50,056 bases of DNA from a virus. Its lineage: Duplodnaviria > Caudoviricetes. Positions 19,043-28,747 of this stretch are shown one piece after another. Position 1 is the first letter of the stretch. The number at the start of each line of letters is the position of its first letter. The DNA lies in IMG/VR virus record IMGVR_UViG_3300024518_004078, positions 1 through 50,056 of that record. One strand, 5' to 3'. The translations under genes and the position numbers were made by a program. The notes beneath the pieces are model-generated. The model was not told the origin of the DNA. It ran no database searches and saw only the letters and a list, made by a program, of their open reading frames with translations.

Positions 19043-20352
19043 TGGCAACACCTCTTACCAAAATAAAAGAGCTGTTGGGGCTAGGACCGAACGACTGGCG
19101 CGCGCGCCTCCGCCCGAACATAGAGCTACTTTCGCCAGATGGCGACGAATACGCGGCCAGTTGGACCGGGGACACCCGAGCAAAAGAGAAAAAGATCGGG
19201 TTATTTAATTACCCCAAGATTGTCGGCACGATTGCTCAAGATTTAGAGATGCAGTCGGCGCAATACGATATAACGTTTTTCTTCACCGGAAAAGATAACG
19301 ATATTTTAGCCCAACAGTTTTGGACTAGTTCGGATCAAAAAGGCGAGTGGACGATCACGCATCCCGTCCACGGCTTTTTAGGCTTGCAGATGTTGTCCGT
19401 ATATCAACAGGTGGAACCCGTTAGATCCGGAAACATAACCGAAATTCAAACCACCTGGATCGAACCGATCGACGAGGCGACTCTGAAGACCGCGCGCGAG
19501 TGGGCCGGGATTACCGACGCGCGGATCAAAGATCTGAATCTGAACGCGGCCCAGCAATTTGCGGACAATATCCAGCAGACCACCGAAATTTTACGCAATA
19601 CCACGCAGGACGCGGCCGATATAGTGGTAGGATTGACAGACAAGGCCCTTAGTCCACTGTTTACGACGTCCGACGCGCTCAATAATTTGGTGGATGGTAT
19701 TCAGACGTCGATTCAAGATATTTTAGGGGCCGTGATTCTGCAGCCGCTTGCGCTCGCGGGACAGATTCAGCAGTTGACACAATTGCCCCTACTGGCGATC
19801 AACGACATAGCCGGGCGGTTTGATTATTATCAGACTTTGACGGAAGAAATCTTTGGTATTGCTCCCGATAGCGCAACGCAGGTATCAAAAAACAAAACGT
19901 TGGTCAACGAGCTTTCATTATCGGCGGTCATCGGCGCCAATGCGAAGACGGCCACAACAGGCACGCTCCAAACTCGCGCTCAGGCCGTCGAATTCGCGGT
20001 AGACCTGACGGACAAATTCGAAGCGATTACTGACAATTTAGACGCTATAATGTTGGCGTTCAATCAGAACGATATTGATAAACAGTATTTTTCACAGTCC
20101 CAATCTTTTATCGACGCGGCCCTCGTTACATCGGCCGCGATGCAATATTTGTTTGTTGCGGCCTTCGACTTGCAAGTTGAAAAACGTTTTATTTTAGAAG
20201 AGGCGCGATCACCGATAGAAATTACAGTTACAGAATACGGATCGTTGGGGGAGAACGACGAAAATTTTGATCTATTTGTCGATTCGAACAAGCTCAAAGG
20301 AGACGACCTGCTCATTCTAGAAGCCGGGCGCGAGGTGGTCGTTTATGTCTAA
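19042..20352 (+). CDS. DNA circulation protein, Mu gpN-like
   Basis: N-terminal WRARLR..ASW..G, FNYP..QDL and GEWTITHPVHG; follows the tape measure gene as in Mu. Confidence 0.8.
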   Translation: MATPLTKIKELLGLGPNDWRARLRPNIELLSPDGDEYAASWTGDTRAKEKKIGLFNYPKIVGTIAQDLEMQSAQYDITFFFTGKDNDILAQQFWTSSDQKGEWTITHPVHGFLGLQMLSVYQQVEPVRSGNITEIQTTWIEPIDEATLKTAREWAGITDARIKDLNLNAAQQFADNIQQTTEILRNTTQDAADIVVGLTDKALSPLFTTSDALNNLVDGIQTSIQDILGAVILQPLALAGQIQQLTQLPLLAINDIAGRFDYYQTLTEEIFGIAPDSATQVSKNKTLVNELSLSAVIGANAKTATTGTLQTRAQAVEFAVDLTDKFEAITDNLDAIMLAFNQNDIDKQYFSQSQSFIDAALVTSAAMQYLFVAAFDLQVEKRFILEEARSPIEITVTEYGSLGENDENFDLFVDSNKLKGDDLLILEAGREVVVYV

Positions 20353-21613
20353 GGCAGTAGCAGGCGCGCCATATACCGTTGTGACCGGCGATCACCTATC
20401 CGGCATTGCTGCACAAGCGTACGGCAACGGCCGCAAGTGGCCGCTAATCTGGAAAGCCAATCAATCGACGTTAAGATCGGGAGATTCCGATCTTATTTTT
20501 CCAGGTGAAATAATAAATATCCCGGTTGATCCGGAACAGGTCGCGCTCGAAAATGAAATCACCCGACTGACTGCCGACGACCTCAAAGGAAAAGACAAAG
20601 ACGATTTTACGTTTGAGATGGACGGCAATGAAATTGCGATTGAAAGCGGTACGCTGATTCGGACGATGGACACGGCCGCCGATGGATTCACAGTCGTTTT
20701 GCAGTGGGATCCGACCGACGATTTTTTGTACGAACTTTTTCGGCCGTATCAATATCGCCCGGTCAAATGTTATTTGGGCGGCAAACGAGTATTTACTGGG
20801 ATCGCATATAAAACCACCCCGTCCATCGGAGACAATGGCGCAAAAATGACGATCTCCGGCGCCACCGCAACGGCCGATATAGTGGATTCGACAATGCGAC
20901 CCCCGTACGAGTCCAAAAAAATAACGCTCAAAGATCGAGCGGCGGAGCTACTGGAGCCGTTGGGGATCCCGGTCGTTTACGATTTCGACGATACGGAAAT
21001 ATTTAGCAAGGTCACGGCCGATCCAACTGATAAAATACTTGGTCACTTGGGCGACCTGTCCCGGCAGCGCGGCGTTTTAATTTCGTCCTCACGACTAGGC
21101 GAGCTGGTAATGTATCGCGCGAGCACCGATGGGCAACCAGTGGGCACGTTAGAAGAGGGCCGACCGCCCGTGCGCGATTTGGAATCTGAATTCGACGGTC
21201 GTGCGCGGTATAATTCTTATAAAGCAATTGCGAACAGTTCGAACAAAAAACGAAAGACGGCGATCGCGAAAGACAACAACGTCCCTAAATCTCGGTTTAT
21301 GACTTTTTCAGCGGAGGACTCTACAGCCGGAAACATTCAGACGGCGGCCGACTGGCGACGCTCTAAACAGTTGGCCAAATCGTTGACGCTCGATATCCCG
21401 GTTGATAGTTGGTACGATCCTAACGATGAGTTATGGGAAGAAAATACATTAGTGACATTGGTTTCTCGGTCGCTCTATATCCCCGATGGTTTCGACTTCT
21501 CAATCCAGCGGGTTGAATATGGCTTTAGCGATCAGGGTACCCCGTCCGTCTTGTCTTTGATACCCCCACAGGCGTACACGGGAGAGGAGTTGGTAGAGCC
21601 ATGGCTGCAATAG
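20345..21613 (+). CDS. LysM domain fused to baseplate hub (Mu gpP/gp44-like)
   Basis: LysM YTVVTGDHLSGIAAQAYG..W..IWKAN..LIFPGEIINIP; hub patterns TADIVDS and W....LWEENTLV. Confidence 0.82.
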   Translation: MSKAVAGAPYTVVTGDHLSGIAAQAYGNGRKWPLIWKANQSTLRSGDSDLIFPGEIINIPVDPEQVALENEITRLTADDLKGKDKDDFTFEMDGNEIAIESGTLIRTMDTAADGFTVVLQWDPTDDFLYELFRPYQYRPVKCYLGGKRVFTGIAYKTTPSIGDNGAKMTISGATATADIVDSTMRPPYESKKITLKDRAAELLEPLGIPVVYDFDDTEIFSKVTADPTDKILGHLGDLSRQRGVLISSSRLGELVMYRASTDGQPVGTLEEGRPPVRDLESEFDGRARYNSYKAIANSSNKKRKTAIAKDNNVPKSRFMTFSAEDSTAGNIQTAADWRRSKQLAKSLTLDIPVDSWYDPNDELWEENTLVTLVSRSLYIPDGFDFSIQRVEYGFSDQGTPSVLSLIPPQAYTGEELVEPWLQ

Positions 21614-22158
21614 GTAGAGTTTCAGGATCCACGGTCGGCACGAATAGAGATGGGGATAGCCCAGTGCGGTTGCTCCAGGTGATAATTTCCGATCCCGAAG
21701 ATGTGCAAGAGGTCGAGCAGTTTGGCCAGTCCGGCGAAGACTTCAACCCGCCGAATGAATCCAACGCGATCATTTTAGATTTGGGATCCGCGTTTAGGGT
21801 GGTTGTCGGCGTAGATGACGGGATTGAACCGACCATGGGCGTCGGCGAGCGGAAAATGTATTCGATAAAGGATGGGACGATAAAGGCGTTTATCAATCTT
21901 TTGTCTTCCGGGGTTATAGAATTAAATGGCAATGCGGATTATGCGGTTCGTTTCAACGAATTGAAAACGGCGTTCGATCAGTTGAAAAAGGATTTTGACG
22001 ATGCGATGTCACTGGGCTTAAACCCCCATACACACAACGATTCACTAGGGGCACCAACAACCGCTCCATTATTGCCCGGACCGACGTGGCCCGCTGGCGT
22101 GCTACCATCTACGGCGGATATCGATCCGGCCAAAATTGAAGAAATAAAGGTGCCCTAG
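21601..22158 (+). CDS. Baseplate spike, Mu gp45-like
   Basis: GVGERKMYS pattern; HTH (H-x-H) metal motif near the C-terminus; position. Confidence 0.72.
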   Translation: MAAIGRVSGSTVGTNRDGDSPVRLLQVIISDPEDVQEVEQFGQSGEDFNPPNESNAIILDLGSAFRVVVGVDDGIEPTMGVGERKMYSIKDGTIKAFINLLSSGVIELNGNADYAVRFNELKTAFDQLKKDFDDAMSLGLNPHTHNDSLGAPTTAPLLPGPTWPAGVLPSTADIDPAKIEEIKVP

Positions 22159-22611
22159 ATGCCAGATAGATTCCAAGGCGATCCACTTCTAATTTTGACC
22201 GACGACGGATCGGATATGGTTTTTCCCGGCGACGGCGGCCAGCCTCTTATGGATCAGGGGTTGGAAAATTCGGTGAACATTTCTCTTTTTACCGAACCCG
22301 GATGGGTGGGCAATGTACTTTTCGAGCCAAACGAGCAGATCGGCGCGGGATACGAGGCGGCCGGGAGGCAGCCGATTACTTTGACCAATATCAACAATTT
22401 GCAGAACACGGCCGAACTGGCGCTCAAGTGGATGATAGACGAACGTATGGCGTCAAAAATAACGGCCAAAACGACAAACTCCGAGGGCACCTTACGCACG
22501 ACGACAATTTTAATCGAACCGCCGGGCGCCGATATTCAAGAAGTGATTTTGACCAAATACGGCGAAAACTGGATTAACCAAACGGTCGATCCGGCGTACA
22601 GAAAGATATGA
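22159..22611 (+). CDS. Baseplate protein, Mu gp46-like
   Basis: DQGLENSVNISLFT, GWVGN and AELALKWMI patterns. Confidence 0.8.
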   Translation: MPDRFQGDPLLILTDDGSDMVFPGDGGQPLMDQGLENSVNISLFTEPGWVGNVLFEPNEQIGAGYEAAGRQPITLTNINNLQNTAELALKWMIDERMASKITAKTTNSEGTLRTTTILIEPPGADIQEVILTKYGENWINQTVDPAYRKI

Positions 22612-22612
22612 A

Positions 22613-24007
22613 ATGCCAGTAACGATCCCAAGTACGCAGTCATTGAAAGATTTATTTCTGTCCAATTATGAAGCCCGTCTTAATCAGTCGGTGCCGCTAT
22701 CGCTAAAAGCGTTCCTCCGCGTAGCGGCCGGGATTGACGCTCTAATGGGCACTTCTCTTTTTAGGTACGCAGCGGAACGAATACTTCAAAACCTCGCTCT
22801 AACAGCGACCGGCGACGATCTAAAACGTATCGGTGAGAATTATGGCATAATTCAAAACCCGGCGACGGCTTGTAACCTTACGATCACAATCGCGGCCGAT
22901 GTCGCGGCCACACTTCCTCAAACGGTCGAATGGGTAGGAGACGCAAACGACGAAAGATACTCTGCCGATTCATCGGGCGCGGAGGCGGCCGGGTTTATCA
23001 CGATCAATATCACCGCGAAAAATACCGGTGAGTCTGGAAACCTAGAAGTCTCCGACGCCTTGACGATCGGCACACAAACGCCAGGCGTCTCGAATATCGG
23101 AACGGTTACGGTTGTCAACACGGTCGGCGCGCCGGAAGAAACCGAAGCGTCTTACCGGGGTCGCGTTTTGACGGCGATTCGCACGGTGGGTGGCGGAGGA
23201 AATTCGGCCGACTATCGAACGTGGTCTGAAGAGGTTACCGGGGTTGAAAACGCTTTTCCATACGCGGGCAAGCCTCGTGCGTTAATTTTAACGGCAACAG
23301 ATATATTTTTCACGGCGCCTGATAAAATTGAATCCACGGTAACGGATTTGACGTCGATAGAATTTGCAGTGGGTCACGGAGTGACCGTCACGGGATCGGC
23401 CAGCAATGACGGGACTTACCCAGTCGTGTCGGCGGCGATCAATCAGTTGGTCGTGTCTGGATCTATCGCGGCGGAGATCGCGGGTGCGTCCGTCACTTTA
23501 GAAAACGAATCTCTCCCCGGAGACCGGACGGTATATGTTGAGGCGGTTTCGACTCTTGACCCGGACGGTATCGCGTCCCCTGCTCTGCTGGCGCAGGTCA
23601 GATCGGAAATAAATAACGACCCGGAGACGGGGCGCACGCGCCCGCCACTAGGCGAGACGGACGAAACGTTGTGGGTAGAATCGATCGAACGGACAACTCT
23701 GTATGTCGAGGTGAGATCGCTATCGGTCGACCCGGCGATCGAAGTAACTGTTAAAGCCGATATCGCCACGGCCGTAGACGAATATTTCCGATCCACACAA
23801 CCTTTTATAACCGGCCTAGATTTCGAAAGTGACAAAAATGACATTATCACAGACTTGACGGTTTCAAGCGTTGTTCAGGATATTTTAGAGCCGGTCGGCG
23901 CGTCCGCTGGTACCGTGGGATTTGGGGTTACACCGGGTATTTTTATACCGGTATATACTCTCAAAAAGGGCGAAATGGCCAAATCAGGCGGCGTAACGTA
24001 TATTTAG
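22613..24007 (+). CDS. Baseplate J / Mu gp47-like wedge protein with an inserted domain
   Basis: TATGDDL, GESGN, EETEASYRGRV and GGNSADYRTW motifs. Confidence 0.88.
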   Translation: MPVTIPSTQSLKDLFLSNYEARLNQSVPLSLKAFLRVAAGIDALMGTSLFRYAAERILQNLALTATGDDLKRIGENYGIIQNPATACNLTITIAADVAATLPQTVEWVGDANDERYSADSSGAEAAGFITINITAKNTGESGNLEVSDALTIGTQTPGVSNIGTVTVVNTVGAPEETEASYRGRVLTAIRTVGGGGNSADYRTWSEEVTGVENAFPYAGKPRALILTATDIFFTAPDKIESTVTDLTSIEFAVGHGVTVTGSASNDGTYPVVSAAINQLVVSGSIAAEIAGASVTLENESLPGDRTVYVEAVSTLDPDGIASPALLAQVRSEINNDPETGRTRPPLGETDETLWVESIERTTLYVEVRSLSVDPAIEVTVKADIATAVDEYFRSTQPFITGLDFESDKNDIITDLTVSSVVQDILEPVGASAGTVGFGVTPGIFIPVYTLKKGEMAKSGGVTYI

Positions 24008-24015
24008 GAGTTTAA

Positions 24016-25758
24016 ATGGCTATTAATCCAGAAATAAAAATCGATCTACCTGCCGATCCGGGCGTTGCTGGCGTCTCGCGCGAGGAGCTCTACGCGAAAA
24101 TTTCCGGCGCGCCGATACTGGTTACGCTCTCTCTGGGATCCGTTGTTGGGGTCACGGCCTACGAGTGGTCGCTGGTCGATAGGCCGGTAGGATCTACGGC
24201 GGTTCTTTCTTCGACCACGGCCGCGAGTCCGACGTTTACTGCCGATCAGGGACCGATCACAGGCACGTATTTGATCCGATGTATTATCAATTTCGGTACC
24301 GAATCTACTAAAGAGGGGATATCTTTTGGTACGGAAGTCGAAGATTTCCGGGAACCGGCGGCCGGGGAAACGAATGAATTTGATCTAGACGAGGGCTGGA
24401 AAGTTGCTATCACAAAAATAATAAGGGCCATGGATGCGGCCCTCTCTACAAATACACTAAACGAGGCATACGACGAAGGCGGGGCTGGGGCCGGGAGAAC
24501 AATAACAGTTGACTCGGGACCGGTGGCGCTTGTGGGGGTTGGTAATCTATTATTTGCCGGAGACCTCACACCAAGCGGCGATGATAGCGCGATACTAATG
24601 GGAAGGGGCATTTCGGGCGATTCTCTTTTTTCTCACGGCATAAGAGATGAAAGTACTTTTACGTCCACCACCACAGGCGCTTACAGCTCCTACGATTCTC
24701 AGTACGTGATCTCCGGGGCAACCCACTATAACCACATGAATCAGTACCAGGCGCGGGCACAATTTAACGGCACTGATCAGATAGATGCCTGTTACGGTTT
24801 AACTTTTTTATGCACGAACGCGAACACCGGAACGATTAACCAGGCGTTCGGTTTACATGTTCTAAACCCCGTGAATTCAGGCGGTGGGGCTATTAGTGAT
24901 TGGCGAGCGATCTACATACCGGCTATAACGGCAACATTGGCCCAAAAATATGCCTTTTACTCGGTGTCTACGGATCTGCCATCCTTTCACGGCGGTTTTT
25001 GGCAGACGGGTGGCGACATCACGGCGGCTGGAAACTTGCTTAGTACCAATCTTAAATCTTACGTGTCGGGAGAGTCGACAAATATAGGAGTGGGGTTTTC
25101 GAATAATTCATATTTCTTTTGCACCACGGGTGGGACCAATTCCGGAAATTCCTTAAGCGGTGGCATTGTCCGAACTACCCTATATGGCAATCGATCTGGG
25201 TATAATATGACCGATGCCAACGAGATGACCGCAATTGGTGCCTATTCAGCGTACAGTTCGGCGGGCGCGGATGGGGGTGTATATCTCGGACATGAATCTG
25301 GATATTTCGAAACGGCCGATAACAAACTTTTCATCGACAACGCCAAAAGAACAAACGAGGCGGACGGAAGGGTGAAAGCTCTCCTTTACGGAGTGTTCGA
25401 CGCGGCCACAGCCAATCAGGTCTTGACCTGTAATGGGAACTTTAATGCGACGGAACTCTTGCAGGGCGCGAAGGGCGCGGATTTGGCAAGCGCTACCGAT
25501 ATGGCCGTTCCTGGGGCTAACTACTGCGACGTAACTGGCACGACACAGATTGACACAATGGCCACAACGGGCATATTGGCCGGTTGTATTGTCGTTTTGC
25601 AATTTGACGCCTCTGTTACCGTCAAGCACAATACCGCAGGAGCAGGCGCGCTGTTTTTACTCTCAGGCGCGGTAGATTTCTCTGCGACTGTAAACGATAC
25701 ACTGACCATTGTTTACGATGGAACCAATTGGCGAGAATCAGCAAGAGCTGTAATATAG
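24016..25758 (+). CDS. Tail fibre/receptor-binding-like protein with N-terminal PKD/Ig-like domain
   Basis: YEWSLVDRPVGSTAVLS..SPTFTAD..GTYLI; Gly/Thr/Asn-rich body; C-terminal DTLTIVYDGTNW. Confidence 0.7.
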   Translation: MAINPEIKIDLPADPGVAGVSREELYAKISGAPILVTLSLGSVVGVTAYEWSLVDRPVGSTAVLSSTTAASPTFTADQGPITGTYLIRCIINFGTESTKEGISFGTEVEDFREPAAGETNEFDLDEGWKVAITKIIRAMDAALSTNTLNEAYDEGGAGAGRTITVDSGPVALVGVGNLLFAGDLTPSGDDSAILMGRGISGDSLFSHGIRDESTFTSTTTGAYSSYDSQYVISGATHYNHMNQYQARAQFNGTDQIDACYGLTFLCTNANTGTINQAFGLHVLNPVNSGGGAISDWRAIYIPAITATLAQKYAFYSVSTDLPSFHGGFWQTGGDITAAGNLLSTNLKSYVSGESTNIGVGFSNNSYFFCTTGGTNSGNSLSGGIVRTTLYGNRSGYNMTDANEMTAIGAYSAYSSAGADGGVYLGHESGYFETADNKLFIDNAKRTNEADGRVKALLYGVFDAATANQVLTCNGNFNATELLQGAKGADLASATDMAVPGANYCDVTGTTQIDTMATTGILAGCIVVLQFDASVTVKHNTAGAGALFLLSGAVDFSATVNDTLTIVYDGTNWRESARAVI

Positions 25759-25767
25759 GGAGATACT

Positions 25768-26067
25768 ATGATACTAACAGGCAAAAAGGCGCTCGCTTCC
25801 AAATTGGCCGATCCAAAGGTGAAAATACACAAATATAAGGGTGTAGTGAAGGGGGCAGACACGAAAGATGAAATTTTCTCGGGTGCGATAGAAGACATTG
25901 ATATCGTCATGGCCCGTAAAATACTCAACTATTCGGCGGATCTTTTGTGGTGCAAGATCGATCCTGTTAAAAGGTGTGAACACGGAAACCCAACAGAAGA
26001 AAACTGCTCCACGTGCGCTTTTGAGATCAAGATAGCGAAAGGCGAAAGATTGTCTAAATTCCATTGA
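25768..26067 (+). CDS. Hypothetical protein
   Basis: GGGGAG RBS; CEH..CSTC motif. Confidence 0.6.
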   Translation: MILTGKKALASKLADPKVKIHKYKGVVKGADTKDEIFSGAIEDIDIVMARKILNYSADLLWCKIDPVKRCEHGNPTEENCSTCAFEIKIAKGERLSKFH

Positions 26068-26093
26068 CATTGGCTGTTTAAATATACTAGAAT
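26064..26093 (+). promoter_or_regulatory. Possible internal sigma70-like promoter
   Basis: TTGACA-18 nt-TAGAAT, ahead of an RBS and ATG 26122. Confidence 0.45.
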
Positions 26094-26121
26094 TCGTGAA
26101 ACTTTAAACAAGGGAGAGCAA

Positions 26122-26448
26122 ATGAAAATTGATGTAACAAAACAGTTAACAAACTTCAACGGAGATCCAGCAATGGGACCCGATGGCACCCCTATTCTAG
26201 TAAGGTGGGCGCTGTGTACGGCTTTGGAAAGTGGAGATAAAGAGGCAGACGGGGAGATTAAATTCAGGCGCGGCGCGTTGGGACAAAAGATTATCAATTC
26301 CGATAGTCCCGACCTAGATGAAGAAGACCGAACAGAGTTAAAAAAATTAGTCAAGGAAATTCATAGCCCGTCCGTCGTTTTCCAGGTTGTGGGTATGTTA
26401 TCGGATCCGGTTCCGTCCGTCGCTCTCGCCCCGGAGGAAACAAAATAA
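26122..26448 (+). CDS. Hypothetical protein, possibly a fibre-associated chaperone
   Basis: AAGGGAG RBS; small helical ORF beside fibre genes. Confidence 0.6.
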   Translation: MKIDVTKQLTNFNGDPAMGPDGTPILVRWALCTALESGDKEADGEIKFRRGALGQKIINSDSPDLDEEDRTELKKLVKEIHSPSVVFQVVGMLSDPVPSVALAPEETK

Positions 26449-27237
26449 ATGGTTAGCGGTTACGGATTAGGCGGGTTCGGTGGTTTTTCGGAACCGTGGG
26501 GTAGTATTCTTCATGGCTTGGGGATCACTGTCAATCCACCCCTTCTAAACCGCATGTATCGCGCCCTATTGCCGCCGGGTTCACTCTGGAAACCCAAGGT
26601 TGACGGCTATTTCGATCAGTGGATCTGGGGGAAAGCCGATAATTTCGCGTATCTTCATAATTTCCTTTCCGGGTTGGCATTTCTTAGAGATCCGAACTTC
26701 ACACCTATATTAGAAGACCTGGAAAAGGAATTTGGGGTTGTAACCGATACCGCGATCAGCGAGTCAATCAGGCGGCAACAGCTTGCGGGAATTGCATACG
26801 CGGTGCCGGGGGGCGGGTCTCTGGACGATTTACAGGATGCTCTAACGGCCGCTGGGTTCGACGCCACGGTCTACGCAAACGACCCGATTATCGACCCGTC
26901 CCTAGTTATCTCCGATTCCGATCTGTTGGTCAATGGCGAAAACATTGAGACGCAGGGCCCGGCGTATTTGATGCAAGCCGGGGGCGCGTACACGGCCGGG
27001 AATACAAACGCAGTCGCGGGATATTTTCAGGCTATGACCACAACCACCGTCGACTATAAGATTCCCACGGATCCGCGTAGGTGGAATTTTATATTTTTCA
27101 TCGGTGGCACTCGACCTGTTCCGACGACGATCAACCCGGCGTTGATTCCGGCGGAGCGGCGTATGGCGTTTGAAAAAATAATTTTGAAATACAAACCCGA
27201 CCATTCTTGGGCCGGTTTAGTGGTTACGTATATATAG
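26449..27237 (+). CDS. Baseplate wedge protein, Mu gp48/DUF2313-like
   Basis: RALLPPGSLW, LEDLEKEFG, RRQQL and LKYKPDHSW patterns. Confidence 0.8.
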   Translation: MVSGYGLGGFGGFSEPWGSILHGLGITVNPPLLNRMYRALLPPGSLWKPKVDGYFDQWIWGKADNFAYLHNFLSGLAFLRDPNFTPILEDLEKEFGVVTDTAISESIRRQQLAGIAYAVPGGGSLDDLQDALTAAGFDATVYANDPIIDPSLVISDSDLLVNGENIETQGPAYLMQAGGAYTAGNTNAVAGYFQAMTTTTVDYKIPTDPRRWNFIFFIGGTRPVPTTINPALIPAERRMAFEKIILKYKPDHSWAGLVVTYI

Positions 27238-27247
27238 AGGTTTAAAA

Positions 27248-28735
27248 ATGATAGATTATTCCACATTGGCTAATACAGTTGGCGCGTTTCCGACCGTCAC
27301 GGGCAAGGATGCCACCGGGCCGTCTACTCCGGATGGAACGCCCTATAACGAGATAGTGATAAACGATCTATGGGGAGCGGCGCAAGCTCTACTATCAGCG
27401 GCCGGATTTGCCCCCGATGGCAACGCGGAGGCGGACGGAACTTCGCAACGCCTTGCGGCCCTTAAACGTTTGTTTGGAGAGCAGACATTGCCCCCAAATA
27501 TTTCAAACGAGCAGATAGCCTCTAAACGGTTCGGATCGACGGTCGCGACCGGCGCGCCGTGGGGCCATATGTGGTCAACTCAGAATTCCATCTCAGCGGG
27601 TGGCACTACGGAGATCGTAGATCTGGCGGTTGCGTTTGCAGATTCGAAAAAATATCTTTTAGCTCTCGATCGTTCGGTGCCGGAGGTCCTCCAATACGAT
27701 ACCGACACGCTCGTTCAAACGGCCGCCTCCGGATCGGTCGCGCTTTTAGCGGGTCTACCGTCCGGTGGTGGTGAGACGTGGGAGCCAACGGCGTTTTGTT
27801 CCGATGGAACGTTTGTTTTTATCATGTTTATGGACACGGCGGCGTCTCCAAACGAAACGCATTATATCCAAAAATACCGTGTCTCCGATTGGTCAACTGG
27901 TGCGGCGGTCGGATGGCCGGCCACCGGTACGGCGTTGGCCGGAACGGGGACTAATCCGTTCGGATCGGCCCCGTCGAATTACGGGAACGACCGGGTGATT
28001 ATTGCCGACGATACAAATATAGCCACGGCCAATTCCTGGATCGCGGCCACGGCTGGGGTGTCTACGTGTATCTCTATCGTGACCCGTGCAGCCGGAGTGA
28101 TAACAGCTAGCGGAGCCGGAGACAGTAACAACGGCGCGGCCATCTACCCTACGGGCGGTGGGCTGGTGTCCGATGGAACAAATATTTTCTGGGGCAATCG
28201 AGACGGCGCGGCGGCCGCGAATAGCCGGTATTGTAGCGCGGTCATTGCCGGACCCACGGCCGGGATCGGTTCTGGCGGCTGGCCGACCGACGTAGGATCG
28301 AAACAGGGAATTAGGGGTGCTGGTTTCGATGGCGATATATCGTATGCGTTTGTCGATAGTAACTCGATCGATCCAATCATTGCGTCGGTTGGGGATTCAA
28401 CTTTTGGGACAATCGATATCAGCCCCGCTTTCTTTAATGCCTTGACCGATGCGACCTTTGATGGGTCGTTTCTATGGGTCATGGGCAACGATGGAGCCGG
28501 GCAGGTATTGGTAGTCAAAATCGATGTTTCAGCACTCGAAACCGGCGCGAATACGTTTGAAACCTATCTCAGAGGTGTGTTTTATTTTGATACTGCTGTA
28601 ATTTCAGCGGGGAACACCAATGTTTTGGGCCGTATACTTTTCGACGGCCGCGACGTGTGGATGGTAGCCGACAAAAGAGCCGGACAGACGTTTTCCGGCG
28701 TAATCCGGCGCACTCCTCGCGCGATGGTCAGATAA
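27248..28735 (+). CDS. Tail fibre/receptor-binding protein
   Basis: N-terminal baseplate-anchor-like region (DGTPY..INDLWG..SQRLAAL); repeated xDGxxxW/F beta-propeller-like units. Confidence 0.75.
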   Translation: MIDYSTLANTVGAFPTVTGKDATGPSTPDGTPYNEIVINDLWGAAQALLSAAGFAPDGNAEADGTSQRLAALKRLFGEQTLPPNISNEQIASKRFGSTVATGAPWGHMWSTQNSISAGGTTEIVDLAVAFADSKKYLLALDRSVPEVLQYDTDTLVQTAASGSVALLAGLPSGGGETWEPTAFCSDGTFVFIMFMDTAASPNETHYIQKYRVSDWSTGAAVGWPATGTALAGTGTNPFGSAPSNYGNDRVIIADDTNIATANSWIAATAGVSTCISIVTRAAGVITASGAGDSNNGAAIYPTGGGLVSDGTNIFWGNRDGAAAANSRYCSAVIAGPTAGIGSGGWPTDVGSKQGIRGAGFDGDISYAFVDSNSIDPIIASVGDSTFGTIDISPAFFNALTDATFDGSFLWVMGNDGAGQVLVVKIDVSALETGANTFETYLRGVFYFDTAVISAGNTNVLGRILFDGRDVWMVADKRAGQTFSGVIRRTPRAMVR

Positions 28736-28747
28736 GGGAGAAATGAG

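Noticed and set aside
24016-28735. Diversity-generating retroelement or invertible fibre cassette
   Set aside because: No reverse transcriptase, invertase or TR/VR repeat pair seen by eye; a self-alignment would be needed to exclude it fully
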